From: Octopus vulgaris
Taxonomy: Eukaryota
NCBI GenBank assembly: GCA_951406725.2
Contig: OX597815.1
Span: 39,556,001-39,620,000 of the forward strand
Length of the DNA: 64,000 nucleotides
Direction of reading: 5' to 3'
The notes beneath the pieces were generated by a model, which was not told the origin of the DNA, searched no databases, and saw only the letters and a list, made by a program, of their open reading frames with translations. The position numbers and the translations under genes were made by a program. Shown here piece after piece: positions 12,529-26,545 of this stretch (positions are counted from its first letter, which is position 1; every line of letters starts with the position of its first letter).

Positions 12529-13683
12529 CTCGCTTTCTAAATATATATATCTTATAGGCCTTCATATATATGTTTTGACATTTACAATTTGTGTGTGTGT
12601 GTGTCTGTGTGAACGTGCGCAGGTATGCTTAACACGTTTGATTCAATCATGATAGGTAACATTCACTTGTGTTCCATGATATCTTGGTCATGTGTCCTTT
12701 CTATAGCCTGGTGTGTTACCACTTCGTAAATGAAATTGGGTAACTGGAATCTTTGCATTTTCGTTCGACAGAAACCTACCTTCAATTCTGAAGGTCAGCA
12801 TTGTCTTTATACTGTGTCACGCTGCTTCTACAAGAGCATTACATTAAGGCGACGAGTGTCTCAGGGCCACTCCTTTGCAACTTAAACGCTCATACAATGG
12901 GCAGGTGGTTTGGTTGATCGAATAACTGGAATATTTATCATCGAAAGCGACGAAAATCCATTTAATTTTGTTTGTATGTATTCTTTTAATCTTTTATTCG
13001 TTTCCTCCATTGGACTACGGCCATGATAGAACACCACCTTGTAGGGTTAGTCGAACAAAGAGAACTTTATTTTAAGGATGGGGTCCTTTATTCTCGTTAT
13101 CTTCTGTCGAACAGAAAATGTGAACAAACCAACACAGGTTATCAAGCGTTGGTAGGATAAACACAAACACACATGCTCATGTGTGTGTGTGTGTGTGCGT
13201 ATGTTTGTGTTTGTGTGTGTTTGTGTTTATGCATCTGTGTGTGCATGTGTGTGTTTGATGTGCTGCCACACTGTTTCAGTCTACCAGCTTTGGGTGAGGC
13301 GAATGTCACACAACGGAACTGAACTCTAAAACACGTCGTTGCAAAATGGACTTCTTAACCACATCTATGCCGGCGCCTATGTATGCATGTAGAAATATGT
13401 ACGTTTGGATGTATGGATATAATTATCTTGTTTAATCTTTAGTCGGTTCTGATGAAGATGACCTATGATCAAAGAATTCCATTGATGACCTTCCATCTTA
13501 TATCCAGGCAGTGTGTCCAGGTTTACGTTGTTAAATATGTCCTTTTAGTTTTGTGGAGTTCGTGGCAAATTGGGCGACATTTGGTAGCTATTCTTTAGGA
13601 GGTTTGCAATTACATAGAGGGTCTTTCGATAGACATTATACTCGCGCATACAATCACAGAAACACACAAAAGTGTGTGTGTGT

Positions 13684-13769
<86 letters not shown>

Positions 13770-15290
13770 GTATCTATGTATAAAATGCTTTAGTATAACT
13801 TCGGTATTTCGTCTGTTATTATTTTCTGTCCGCCGCTTTCTTCGAGTTCCTTGTACGAGTTCCCTTGTACTGTCCTATAGTTCAATTTAATGTACAGTGG
13901 ACACATTGCACCTTCTCCTCACTATAAGTGAACTTACTGACACCCAACAAATTACAAATTCTTCCTCGTTTACACAATTTTAGGAAGCTTTTACTCAAAT
14001 ACTCCACCAGTTGGAAATAACAGCAAATCTCCAAAACATTACTTGACTGTCTTAAAAGAGTAAAAAGCGCAGTAATAATTGCCTCTACATCAGTCACGAG
14101 ACCAGCAGTTTTGCCGTCGGGTGTTAGTTGATTACATAGAACTTAGCAGATACATTATTTCATCGACCCCAGAGGGATGAAAGGTAAAGCTGACCACGGC
14201 AGGATTTGAATCCAGGATGTAAAGAGCCAGAACAAATTCCACAAAGCACTTTATTCCAACGTGCTAACGATTCTACCCAACAAACTGGTTTGACGTCCAG
14301 CAAACATTTCCAATCTTGAAATCTACAGGTTACTGCTGCTGGGTGCGGGATTTCGCCCTTTGATTTCAATTCTCTGATGATGTCGCTTTTGTTGTTGTTT
14401 AGGCCCAGATCAGCTCATATCAAACATAATATGATTAAAAAGGCATTTCATCCGGAACTATCCTGTTCTTGTTATGATGATAGAATGTGATATGAGAGAG
14501 AGAAAGTGAGACGTAGACAGAGACAGATGGTTTTGGCAACTCGCAAGTCCAGTGACAACGCTATCTCGAATTTCGTCATGATGCTCAAAACCAAAACAAT
14601 AAAACAAATCAACACACACACCCTATTTCATTCCCTCGGCAGCTTAATTTCAATATTTTCATATTGACTGTCTTAGTATACAGATCCTGTGAATCGGACT
14701 CTACAGGGCAGTCATTGCTTAGCCCCGCGTCAGATTTGGTTTAAAGGACTTGCAGTCAAAAGCATTCCAGCTATAAAAGATCAGTCTTTTATATTAGAAT
14801 TATTTTTGCTTTCTTTCGCTTCCTTTTTAGGTGTTTTTTTTACGTAATTTGAAGGCTGCTATTTGATGTGTAAGTCGTGAAGATTCACTTCACTTTATCT
14901 ACGAAGAAGCTATGAACGCCAACAGCATCAATATATATTTTCTACAAGTTGATAAGAAAGAGATAGACATTGTCCATTCTTTTTGCATCCCTCCTTAGAG
15001 TGGTGAGACTGGTTTAGATAATGTCCAGTCTCGAAATCTACCGGTCAGTGTTGTAGTGAGTACGTAAGCAAAAGGGAATAGGCGGTTTGCTTTTAATATA
15101 ACATCTGATCGAACTCTGTCGAAGACACCAGTTGTGGGTGATATACCGAGTAGCCTGGTGGATCAACCACTGAAGGCAATACCTACTACATGCGGTTTCT
15201 TCTACCACTCATCTTGCATGTAAAGCAATGTGAGAAAACAATAGATAGAAAGGGGAAAGAAATCAATATTTATTTTTACTATAATGACGA

Positions 15291-15465
15291 AAGGCGGCGA
15301 ATGCCGTAATCGTTAGCATTTCTTCCTGCTCTTTACATTCTCAGTTCAAATATCACCAAGGTAAACTTTGCCTTTCATCCTTTCAGTGTTAGTAAAATAA
15401 GTACCAGTCGGGCACTGGGGTCGTTGTGGTCGACCTCTCCCTCCCATCAAAACTGATGGCCTTAA
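15291..15465 (+). mobile_element. SINE family A
   Basis: aaggcggcga...tttgcctttcatcctttc...aataagtaccag. Confidence 0.75.
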
Positions 15466-15574
15466 AATTATGAAGTATATAATATTGACGCGTGTCGTAA
15501 AGAACATGCTGCAGACAGTGGTTAACTCTGCATTTCGATTCCGTTGAACGATTTGATTTCACTTTTATTACTAA

Positions 15575-15845
15575 CTAGCACTATGACCCGGCAACGCCGG
15601 CATTCAATTGGCGTATCAAGTTTCAGGCATTTTGATTGGGTTTTGGATAGAAAATTCACAAAAAAAAAGTCACTTCTATTGATTTTTTTAATGGCTTTAC
15701 GGGGTGACTGGGGAAATGTAAAGATGTGCACGACCACCCTTGGACGGTTTTGAATGACCATATAAAGTGCGAGCCCTCTAACTGAAAAATTGTGGATTTG
15801 TATAAAGGACACGCACGCAGACATTTTGCCGTTTATATATATAGA
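15575..15845 (-). mobile_element. Short non-autonomous Helitron
   Basis: Minus strand A|TCTATATATATAAACGGC ... ccggcgttgccggg hairpin ... CTAG|T; inserted at an AT site without a TSD. Confidence 0.85.
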
Positions 15846-16256
15846 TGCCTTCAAGAAAAGCTTAGGTGTCAAAATTTATATTCTACTAAAGAATATGCCT
15901 CTTTGAAATACAGACATAGCATCGTGTCGACCAAATCTCTTGAGTGGAATTTGGTAGACATAAAATGACAGGAACTCCGTCTGCAGTCCTGTTTCTGTTT
16001 ATGACTGATAATATGCTTAATCCGTCACTCAGTTTAACACTCCCACCCACCTCAATCAGCCAGTGGGTGCATTTCGTAGAGTCCACTCTTATTGTAAGCA
16101 ATAGTGCTGGGGTTTCTGTCTGAGGATAACATTTCTCTTTCATTTCACCAATCTCAGAAGGCCTGAAAAGGTCATGGGCGCTGTTCTTCCCCTCTCTCGC
16201 TAAGCCGTAAAATAAAGAGAGGGAAAGAGAGAGAGAGAAAAGGGGAGGGGCTGAGT

Positions 16257-16288
<32 letters not shown>

Positions 16289-16770
16289 AAATGTATGACA
16301 CATCTTTCGAAAACTATATATATCTAATTTTCTTTTCCATATTCTTTATACCATCATGTTAAACATTTTTAGTTCCCTCTTTCAGGACCAGATGGATTTC
16401 TCTTATTAAACTATTATTACTTTCCCGGTTTCTTGTCCATCTCTGTAAGCTACTTTGGACTGTTATTTTTCTTCTGACTGCTTAATCGTTTTTTTTTTGT
16501 TTTTGTTTTCCATATTTATTTCTCTTTTAGTTTTCTCTTTGCCCTCCACCCACAACCATTTTCTTTTTTTTTTTTTTTTTACCCAACTGTTGCTACTTCT
16601 CTCTTCTTAACATCGAAATTTTGACATTTTTCGGGGATTTAGTTTCTGCCTTTTTTTTTTTTTTTGTTACACATTTTCCTCAAATAACTTTGGTGGGAAT
16701 ATACATACACACACACACACACACACGCATATATATATGCGTATGTATGTATGTATCTCTATCTATCTAG

Positions 16771-16888
<118 letters not shown>

Positions 16889-17018
16889 GGTCGTGCGGTA
16901 TACAGACATGTTGCTTCCCAACCACAGTTCCGGTTGAGTCTTACTGTGTGGCACCTTGGGCAAGTGTCTTCTGCTATAACGTAGGGTCGACCAAAGAAAG
17001 AAGCCCGTTGTATATATT

Positions 17019-17116
<98 letters not shown>

Positions 17117-17149
17117 CTGTGATGCATGTATGTGTATGATGACGTCCGC

Positions 17150-17830
17150 ATCTTCAGATGTTTGAAGGCAGAAATCTGACTTTGACTTCCAGCATCCGAT
17201 TATAACGACTTATTCTACGTCCACGAAACTTCAAGTATTGTGGAGCTGACTCAAACTGATATTATACGCCCACAACAATCCAGTCCCTGAGATCCAAGAT
17301 CTGTGATCCACATTGCAGAAGGTGCCTGCACATCGAAGCATTGCAGTGGTGCTAAAACGTGTATTTCTGAATATCACTATCCTCGTCGTGAAGGAATTAG
17401 ATCCAATGGCCAGAAGAACCAAAGACACCTGGTACCTGATAATATTTGCAGAAGCTGTGATACTGCAGTCTCTGTCAGAACCGCCTTAAATCTGACAAAC
17501 AAACCTTGCTTTTCTCTTCAAGTGTACTCTCTTAATTTTAGTTTTCTTACTACAGAGCTGCTGGATGGTGCATACATGTTGCTCCTACCACTGCTAAGGG
17601 CCCCTCTTACCCCACTCTATCCCTCTTGAATTATGTTCTTAGAAGAACTAGGGGTCCATTACTCCCAAAGTGATTTTGCAGCGTACCCGTTCACCGTCTC
17701 GGGTATTTCTATGTACCCCATTGTTTTAGCAGTTCTTACGTTTGTCCTGCTGGGTTTCAAGCCACCCTCCTCAGAAAGCTTGTGGAGATGCCGGCTTAGT
17801 CGCCGACGACCCGAGAATTAAACAGGTTTT
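17150..17830 (-). mobile_element. Possible decayed RTE-like LINE 5' region (UTR and endonuclease remnants)
   Basis: Minus frame contains NMYAPSS (YAP motif of APE endonucleases) after a GC-richer UTR-like start; heavily decayed. Confidence 0.35.
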
Positions 17831-18015
17831 ATTGGATTACATGTTGCCAGTAGCACTCTGTGCGTGTGGTTGTGTGTGTGATTGTGTGTATGCATGTATG
17901 TGTATATATATATATATATACAATGTATAGCTATGTATATGTATGTATGTGTGTAAAGGAGATGTCAACACGAGTGGTGATATATAAAAGATATATATAT
18001 AATTAGGTGAATGTT

Positions 18016-18064
<49 letters not shown>

Positions 18065-18924
18065 GTGTGCGCGAGCGCGTATGTAGTCAATAAGTCAAAG
18101 AAAATCACGCTCAATATTAATAATAGATCGATTATATGTTTATATTTCATCGAACAGTATATTACTAGATTTCGCATATAACTGAGCTGAATGTTAATGT
18201 CGGGTTCGCTCAGAATATTGCCACCAGACAATATTGACGGCTGATTAAGAAGACCATAGCCTCTGGAATCAATGTAGCTTGCCTCCAGCGAGGTACATAG
18301 ATTCTAGATTATTTTGTGGCCGCGCAAGGTTTGAACGAAATTTTGCGGAAGATATTCTGGGGAAGAAAATATTTATCAATAAATGTTCACTAAATTACAT
18401 TTTTTGCTTTTGTCGCCACCAAACCAAATCTAGTGTTTATGTACCTCCACCGCTTAAGAGGCTACACGCTTCCGGCCTGCATGTCTGAATAGTTCTGAGT
18501 AATATCTAATGACTCGAAACCGGAGGTAATATACTGGCCAGTTATATGCTGTAATCAGTTTGTGGTGATAAAGAGAATGAGCACAAAACTGATATCCTTC
18601 AGCGCACAAAATAAAACCATTGAAACAGAAGGAGAGGTTGTCAGGTCCCGTATCTTCAAAGCACCACAAAATTTGAGAAAAAAAAAGAAAGAAATGGAGA
18701 AAGCTTGATTTGGATACATACAATATAATTATGGAAAAATTCATCGATGATGTAAGAAGCCCCAGCGCACGGGCCAGAAGTAGGGTCCTAAAGGGCATCC
18801 CAAAGGAACCTCAAATTTTTTATGGAAACCTAGTTACCCAGACTCGAGGACCACCAAATAGGTGAGTTACATGTTTCCTTTTCTCCTCCTTCTATTAACA
18901 TGGCAGCAACAACGAAAGTAACGT

Positions 18925-19995
18925 GTATAAATGCACGTGGCCTGGTGCCACCCTGGATGCAGGGATCGTCTCCTCAATGACCCCAGGTCGCTAGGTTTGG
19001 ATATTATAGCCATCGACGACTCAAGGATTTCCAACATAAGCACGTTAGTAACCATTTTTAGTGATTTTGAGATCTTCACATTTCTTAATCGGCCTGGAAT
19101 GAGGAATAGGGTAGGGTATGGTTCGAAAAAGCCTGGGCCTTGGGATACGGTCGATGTTCCTGGGCTCGGACGGTAAATTAGTAGACCTAGTCATGAACAT
19201 TAGCGAATGTGCTGCCTTTAGACTAGTTACTACAAAGCAACCAAATCTTTACAGACGTTTGGAGGCTTTCTTGAAAACGTTCCACTCTTTAATGCCATCA
19301 GGCAATTAGAACGCAATCTTGGATGCATGTCTAGATAGTGTTGGGCTAGTTCATTGTAGATGGGTGTATAAAAACACCCACATACCTGCTTAGTCGTTTT
19401 CAATTGACTCACAAGTACCGACTGGATTTTCCGAATATGCCAATAAGAAAATGGTTTAGCAGCATCGCGGCATCCAGATCAAATCTAGATGGACTATTTT
19501 TTAGGCCAGCAGAAGATTTGTTCGGTGATCAGAGTAAATGGCCGCCTGTGGGAATGTTTCAGTATAATGTGTTCAATCCGTCAAGGGTGTCCTCACTCTC
19601 TCTGACTCTCTAATTCTCTCTCTCTCTCCCTCTCTCTCGGTGACCGACACCACTCTAAAGGAACATGAGGCGGTGATAGGTGCAAAATTAACCAGGAGAA
19701 ATTATTAGGCCTGCAGCTCAGCATCTGGAGAGGCAGATCTATACTATCCTAAAGTGTCGTGGGACTCTGGACAAATATACCAGTTAAATTGCCCGGGTTC
19801 TGTTTTGTTTGGTTTGGTTTGGTTTGGCTTGGTTTGATCTATTCCAGACATCCAGCTGTTCAAAAACTGACAGTTGTGCCTTGCCCCACTTTATTGGCTG
19901 AGCACTAGGTAGCGCTTCCTCTACTGTCCTCTATCCTTGTATTGTTCTAAATGCTTTTTTTTTTGCGATCCTTGTAACCAATAAAGAGAGGATTG
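18925..19995 (+). mobile_element. Multiply deleted L1/Tx1 LINE (APE endonuclease, RT end, 3' UTR)
   Basis: Frameshifted pieces: INARGL..RLLNDPRSLGLDIIAI; AFRLV..RRLEAFL..GN*NAILD; YRLDFPN..SRSNLD; AKINQEKLLGLQLSIWRG..PVKLPG (homologous to 1-354); LTVVPCP; aataaa near 19980. Confidence 0.8.
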
Positions 19996-20039
19996 TTATC
20001 GTCATCATTATCTATTTATTTATTATTTACTTATCTTAT

Positions 20040-21200
20040 TTGCCGCAGGGGCGTCCGCTGAATGGGACGTTATACAACGACAAGTTACAATTAAAGTGGA
20101 GGTTTACAGAAAAAACAGTAAGGAGTAAAAAGGGGGAGGAAGGGAGAAAATGAGATAAAAGGTATACATAGTGTACAAAATATATGAATACATGGATAAT
20201 GTAGTCCTGTTACATTAGTCTCCAACGAAGGAACTACAGAGATCCAGGATCATCCTGGCCAACGAAAGCACGAAGCATCAATCAACTGTTGTTTTCCTAT
20301 ATACAGACGTATGCATATAGTCCCTTTCACCTTAGTCATTTTCGACACATTTACCGATCTTTTAACAAATTTACTGGGAGAGTGCACTTCCCTTTCCATC
20401 CTTACTTTCCTTTCCAAATGGAGCTTGAAAGGTTGATGAAGCTTTGGCCGAAGAGGAAGGTTTTCGATGTCAGCCCTTTCAACCTTGTCCACTGTGCAAC
20501 CACTTTCAACATAGTCAACAAACAAAAGGAAACTACTTGCCCAATTTTTTTAAAGGAGGACGGTGAGACGATATTTACGATGGACTCGACCAAACTTTTG
20601 AATACTGCATGAGTGTGTGTAGTATAGTGTAGTATAGCTCTATGGTTTCTTCACTCCAAGCATGTCTCAGACAGTCTCACCTGTCCGAGGTACACTCCAG
20701 ACATTTCCGGCGACATATCCGTGCCAGTAGAGTTTATATCGAACTCGTAGTGCTTCTCAGTAGCACTGCCAGGCCAAGCATTTCTCGTAGTTGTTCGTTC
20801 CGAAAGTTCTCGTTGACGCCTAGGATTTCCCTGAGAACAACATCGCTCGCACCTACCTATAACTCTCTTTGTGTATTGCCATAGAGGAATTTCCACTAAT
20901 AGTATTGCCCGAAATACAGAGCGGCAGAACGGTAAGGACTTGATGCTATTCCAGATGTCAAAGCACTCAATGACCCAATGGCTGCAGATTTGTCAAAGAG
21001 ATGAGCTACGAAACAGTGTACATGCGAACCGCCGAAGAAACTCTGCAAGCGACAGCCTCAGCGCGTATCTGCACACCAGTAATCACAGCATACCAAGCCC
21101 ACTTCAGTCGCGCAACAGATAGGCAATCTGACCAGTAGAACGTATCCCTTTCACTGGTCAGAAAGTGGAAAAGTTAATGCTCCAGTCTCGTCAACCAAGA
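20040..21200 (-). mobile_element. L1/Tx1 LINE 3' portion (post-RT to C-terminus and 3' UTR), decayed
   Basis: WLTRLEH*LFHFL.. and FKLHLERKVRMEREVHSPSKFVKR, homologous to the C-terminus at 40805-41298; A-rich tail near 20015-20040. Confidence 0.75.
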
Positions 21201-22578
21201 ATTATAGCAAGGCACGAAACACAGGCGGTAAATTATGAAGGAAGTGGTATAGTTATTCGTCACCTTGGCTCGATCTTTCAGGAATAGCTTCATCTCAACC
21301 CATTTTTGGGTAAGGCTTTGAGGTTGATGTGTGCAGACGACACATCAACCTCAATGATTAGCCGATGTTAATTTCATCGACCTTGAAAGAAAAAAGGCAA
21401 AGTCTACCTTTGTGGAATTTGAACTAGGAAGATAAAGAGATGTAACTAAACATTGCAAAACATCTCATCCACCGCTCTGCCTTTTCTACATTTGTGTCCC
21501 ACATGCAGTAGGCTGGTGAGGGTAGAACCAATAGCCGGATCTGTTTTTCACGCAAACGTTTGAGTACTGCATTAGTGTACGTAGTATAGTTGTATGGCTT
21601 CGACTTTTTCATTTAACTTTTGTTCATCATTTTTTTAAATACCCCTTTACATTCTTCGGTAACATCTTTAATTTTCTCACAAGCATTAGTGACAGTAGAC
21701 TCACTGGACCTTTGAACGCGAAGAGTATGATGGGCCAATCAATAGCTCACTGAATTTTAAGTAGCAGAGCGCAGAAATGTGAGAAATGATAGGCGGTGGT
21801 TATTCACACGATCTTTGATAGCAGCTTCCTAAAATTTATTCCATCGGCCGATAGCTCCAGTCCAATATGTGAGATCTAATATCAGACGTTCAGAGAATAT
21901 CAGCTAGTGTAAACATTCAAGTCTTTGGACAAGGGTGTCTCACTGTGACAAATTAAAGTGTTTGTGTGGGTGTAAAATGACGTTATAGCTGCTCCCTGTA
22001 TGATATTAGCTGTTGGCATGTTTTGGGGCCAGTTTCAGCATTATTAACAGCAATGATTTCAACACAGTATTCATCTAGTTTAGACAATTGTCTAAACGGT
22101 TACTCTACTTTCTGAATCCGGCATATTTGCGATTTTGTGAAGTGTTTCAGACGCGTGGGACGTGTTCTACCTACACCATCTTACTGCCTCTGGAACACCG
22201 TATAATAACTTCCTATAAGTAATTTAACAATTTCCAAAGTATAATTTCGGATTCGATGAACTGCTTTTCTTTGATAAACCAACCGCCATGCACTTTTGGC
22301 TCAAATATTATCTTCCAGTTAATCACTCGGTTTTCATCCTGTTTAAGTTGGTTATTGTAACGGTCATATTCAGCTGCCGATCTCTAACTCGTTCAAACAA
22401 CATGGAATAAATTAATGTAGTTAAAAATTGTTTGAACAGGCGTTGACAAGATCTTCCATGTAAACAAAGAGCAGAAGCAGGCCAAGCATGTGTGTGTGTG
22501 TGTGTGTGCGTGCGTTATATAGTTTGTTTTGTGTGCATGTGTGTATTACATTAGTTATACATAAATAAGTATCAGATA

Positions 22579-22985
22579 AGGCGGCGAGCTGGCAGAAACG
22601 TTAGCACGCCGGGCGAAATGCGTAGCCGTATTTCGTTCTGAGTTCAAATTCCGCCGAGGTCGACTTTGCTTTTCATCCTTTCGAGGTCGATAAATTTAGT
22701 ACCAGTTACGCACTGGGGGTCCATATAATCGACTTAATCCGTTTGTCTATCCTTGTTTGTCCTCTCTGTATTTAGCCCCTTGTGGGTAGTAAAGAAATAG
22801 GTATTTCGTCTGCCGTTACGTTCTGAGTTCAAATTCCGCCGTGGTTGACTTTGCCTTTCATCCTTTCGGGGTCGATTAAATAAGTACCAGTTACGCACTG
22901 GGGTCGATGTAATCGACTTAATCCGTTTGTCTGTCCTTATTTGTCCCCTCTATGTGTATCCCCTTGTGGGCAGTAAAGAAATAAT
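22579..22985 (+). mobile_element. Dimeric SINE family A (head plus two body/tail units)
   Basis: Second unit starts at about 22800 (ggtatttcgtctg). Confidence 0.9.
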
Positions 22986-25692
22986 AAGTATAAGTTATTA
23001 CGTTCCCCTCAAAATTTGAATTCGTTGAGTCAGTTGACACAATTTGTATAGAAGTGTTTGTAGCTCTTTCTATTATTTTTCTCTTTTTATTTCGTTTACA
23101 TTTTCCTCCTATTAGTTTTCATTTTATACACAGCTTAATACTGTTCTGTTTATTGTTTTATTATCATTACCTTTATTTTATTTATTCATTTTAGTCATAG
23201 TTATTAATGTAGGGTTTTTGATTTTGCTGTTTTTTTTTCTTTTTGGGTGCCGTTTAATCAGGGAGGGCGTGCTCATGACTTTTCCGGAATATCCTAGATT
23301 GGTGGAAGGAAGGAGGAAGTTAGCCTCAAACTCGAGGCCTCACCGGAAAGATTGCAACAAAGTGAAATCTGCTAAATGACCCCAAGGACCAAGTGATAGT
23401 GGTAAACCGGGGGAAATGTCTCTATTCTTTAGCTCCTTGTTTTGTTTCAGCCAAGATGGCTAAGCCATGCTGGAGTACCGCCTGGACTATTTTATTTATT
23501 TGTATTGCCGCCATGTATGCCTCGGTTTCCAATTATTTTCAGCATGCGTGGTGTCCCTTGTTGAAGGACCAACGCATTGGTAGAATCTGTTCTGCTGAGG
23601 TTCAGTGCTATTTTAAAGCATGAGCTCACTTGGTGAGGTCTCGATTCTACTGGCCCGTAACTAGTAAATGTATGTACTGGCTAGCTGTAGATAAACAGAT
23701 AGTGTAGATAAACCTAGTTCATTGCTTTGCCCAGGAAGTTTTAAAGACGGTTTTACCTTGTTTCCATTATTCTGCAGCTAAGGTATGTACAATGCTAGAG
23801 AGAAATCTACTTAGATAACTATTCAAAGTACAAGGAAAACTTTGGCTCTGTCTCTTGAATCTTTTGGGAAGTATTTCTATAATGGTAAAGCTGTGTTTCC
23901 AGTTTCAGTAAGCAAATATTGCTGCTTAAAAATATCACCTGGTATTTAAAAGCCTGACAAAGCCTTAACATGCTGGGAGAAAATAAATTATGTTTCAAAT
24001 GCATGAACGAGGGACTTGAAATGTTTATGCCAAAGGGAAGAGGTCACATTTATGCGTTTCCTGGGAGAAGTTGTAATATAAGTGAGATGAAATAGATACA
24101 ATCAGGGATTAGAAACCACGTCACTGATTAAACTGTATTCTACGAATACGCGATCGCTAGACTTGCTAGAAGCAGGAACCATTTGTCACCCAAGTTACAC
24201 ATTCGCCACTAAAAAAATAAAGGACGGTGAACAGTGTAGTCTTTGATGCATTGGGAAGTGGGAAGTGGTTATGGATGGCATTTCTTCGATCATGGCATTT
24301 CTTCGATCATGACCTGGAGGTGGAGAGCTGAACAATAATAACAACAGCAAAAATAATCGTACTGCATTCTAACAAACATAATTACTCACTGGCTATTCCT
24401 TGATCTGACACCCAGACAACTTCCGACTTTCAAGGAAAATGATTTGGCCTTGTCTACGAAAATTCGGTCACTTTCAATTTCTTAGATTTCATTTTCTTGG
24501 ATTTGATATTTAGAACTGCCTGGTATGTTATGGCAAGCAGTTGCAAGTCAATGTTAACTATTGTTAGAAAAGAGAAAAAAATAAAAATTAAAAATCAAAA
24601 CAACAACAAAAATAAGTACAGTATTAAAAGTGGCATTACATGTAATGTGATTATAGTAAATCTGAAAACAGTTATATTATGATGTTAGCATATTTTATTT
24701 CATTACAACATATGAGCGTATCACAATAGAGTGGCTGATTCTCACATATCTACAGATCTATCTGTGCGCCACTCTATCCATTTATCTCTTTCTTTCATTC
24801 TCTCTCTCTCTCTTTCTCTCTCTCTCTTTCTCTCTCTCTCTCTTTCTCTCTCTTGCCTTCTCTTTAAATATATATGTATGTATATGCATGTAAGTACATA
24901 CTTTATACATATCTATGTATTTAATACATAACATTCATAAATATATACAATGCACACATATATACATAATATAAATAGCTATTTAATAATATACAAATAT
25001 ATTCATACACCCCACCATGGGTATATCTAAATAAATATTTATGTGTGTGCGTGCATGCATGTATATATGTATACGTAAGAATGCATGTGAAAATGCGTAT
25101 GATTCTTACTCAATTCACTTAACACTACAAAATTCCATTCCAAACAACGTATTTTTCATTTCTTCCGTTTTTCTTGAATCTACCGCCAGTTGCATTCTCT
25201 TTCTTTTTTCTTTTTCTCTTTCATTTTTTTTTTTCCCAACCCGTTATCAGTTTTTACACCCATTCCTTTACTTCTAATTTAGCACTCTTCTTCTTTTTCA
25301 CACGCACACACATACACATACGCAAACACAGACTACGCGCAGAACCGCCTCCTCAAATCCTCAACACGACCCTTTTACTAATCCTGTACAAATCTACTTA
25401 CAATATATTGTGCTGATTTGCTGTAGTTATTTTTTCCCGCCATTTCTCTCATGCCTTTAGTTTCACTTCTCTCCTTACATCGTCCTTTTCCTCTTTCGGT
25501 TCACATTTAACCAATTGCTTTCTGCAACACCACTTAATACTACTCAGCGAGCATTTTGCTTCCTCTCTTGAAATTTGTCAGAGCATTATTTATTTTCGTT
25601 TCAGTCTCTTTTTTTATTGTTTTGCTTTCCCCCACATTCCTGGTATATATATATAAATGTGTACTTACATATAAGAGACCAAAGTGTACGTA

Positions 25693-25698
<6 letters not shown>

Positions 25699-25747
<49 letters not shown>

Positions 25748-25808
25748 TGTCGAGTCTGTCTCTTTCTCTATCAGTCTATTTATACATATATATGTTCAGA
25801 TATACGTA

Positions 25809-25884
<76 letters not shown>

Positions 25885-26161
25885 TACACATATATATACA
25901 TATACACATATACATACACACATATATATATATATACATACATACATATATATACATACATACATACATATATACATATATATATATATACATACATACA
26001 TATATATATATATACATACATACATATATATATATATACATACATACATATATATATATACATACATATATATATATATATACATACATATATATATATA
26101 TACATACATATATATATATATACATACATACATATATATATACATACATACATATATATAT

Positions 26162-26222
<61 letters not shown>

Positions 26223-26361
26223 CATACATACATATATATATACATACATACATATATATATACATACATATATATATATATACATACATACATATATATA
26301 TACATACATACATATATATATATACATACATATATATATATATACATACATACATATATAT

Positions 26362-26398
<37 letters not shown>

Positions 26399-26545
26399 CA
26401 TACATACATATATATATATATATACATACATATATATATATATACATACATATATATATATATATACATACATATATATATATATATATACATACATACA
26501 TATATATATATATACGTACATATACATACACATACACACACACAT
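25699..26545. repeat. About 850-bp (TA)n/(TACA)n microsatellite
   Basis: Direct inspection; source of the YI/HT ORFs. Confidence 0.95.

Noticed and set aside
16051-16162. Minus-strand candidate exon (ccttttcag|...GAG|gtgggt, MKEKCYPQ...)
   Set aside because: Weak pyrimidine tract, no recognisable product and no partner exons on that strand
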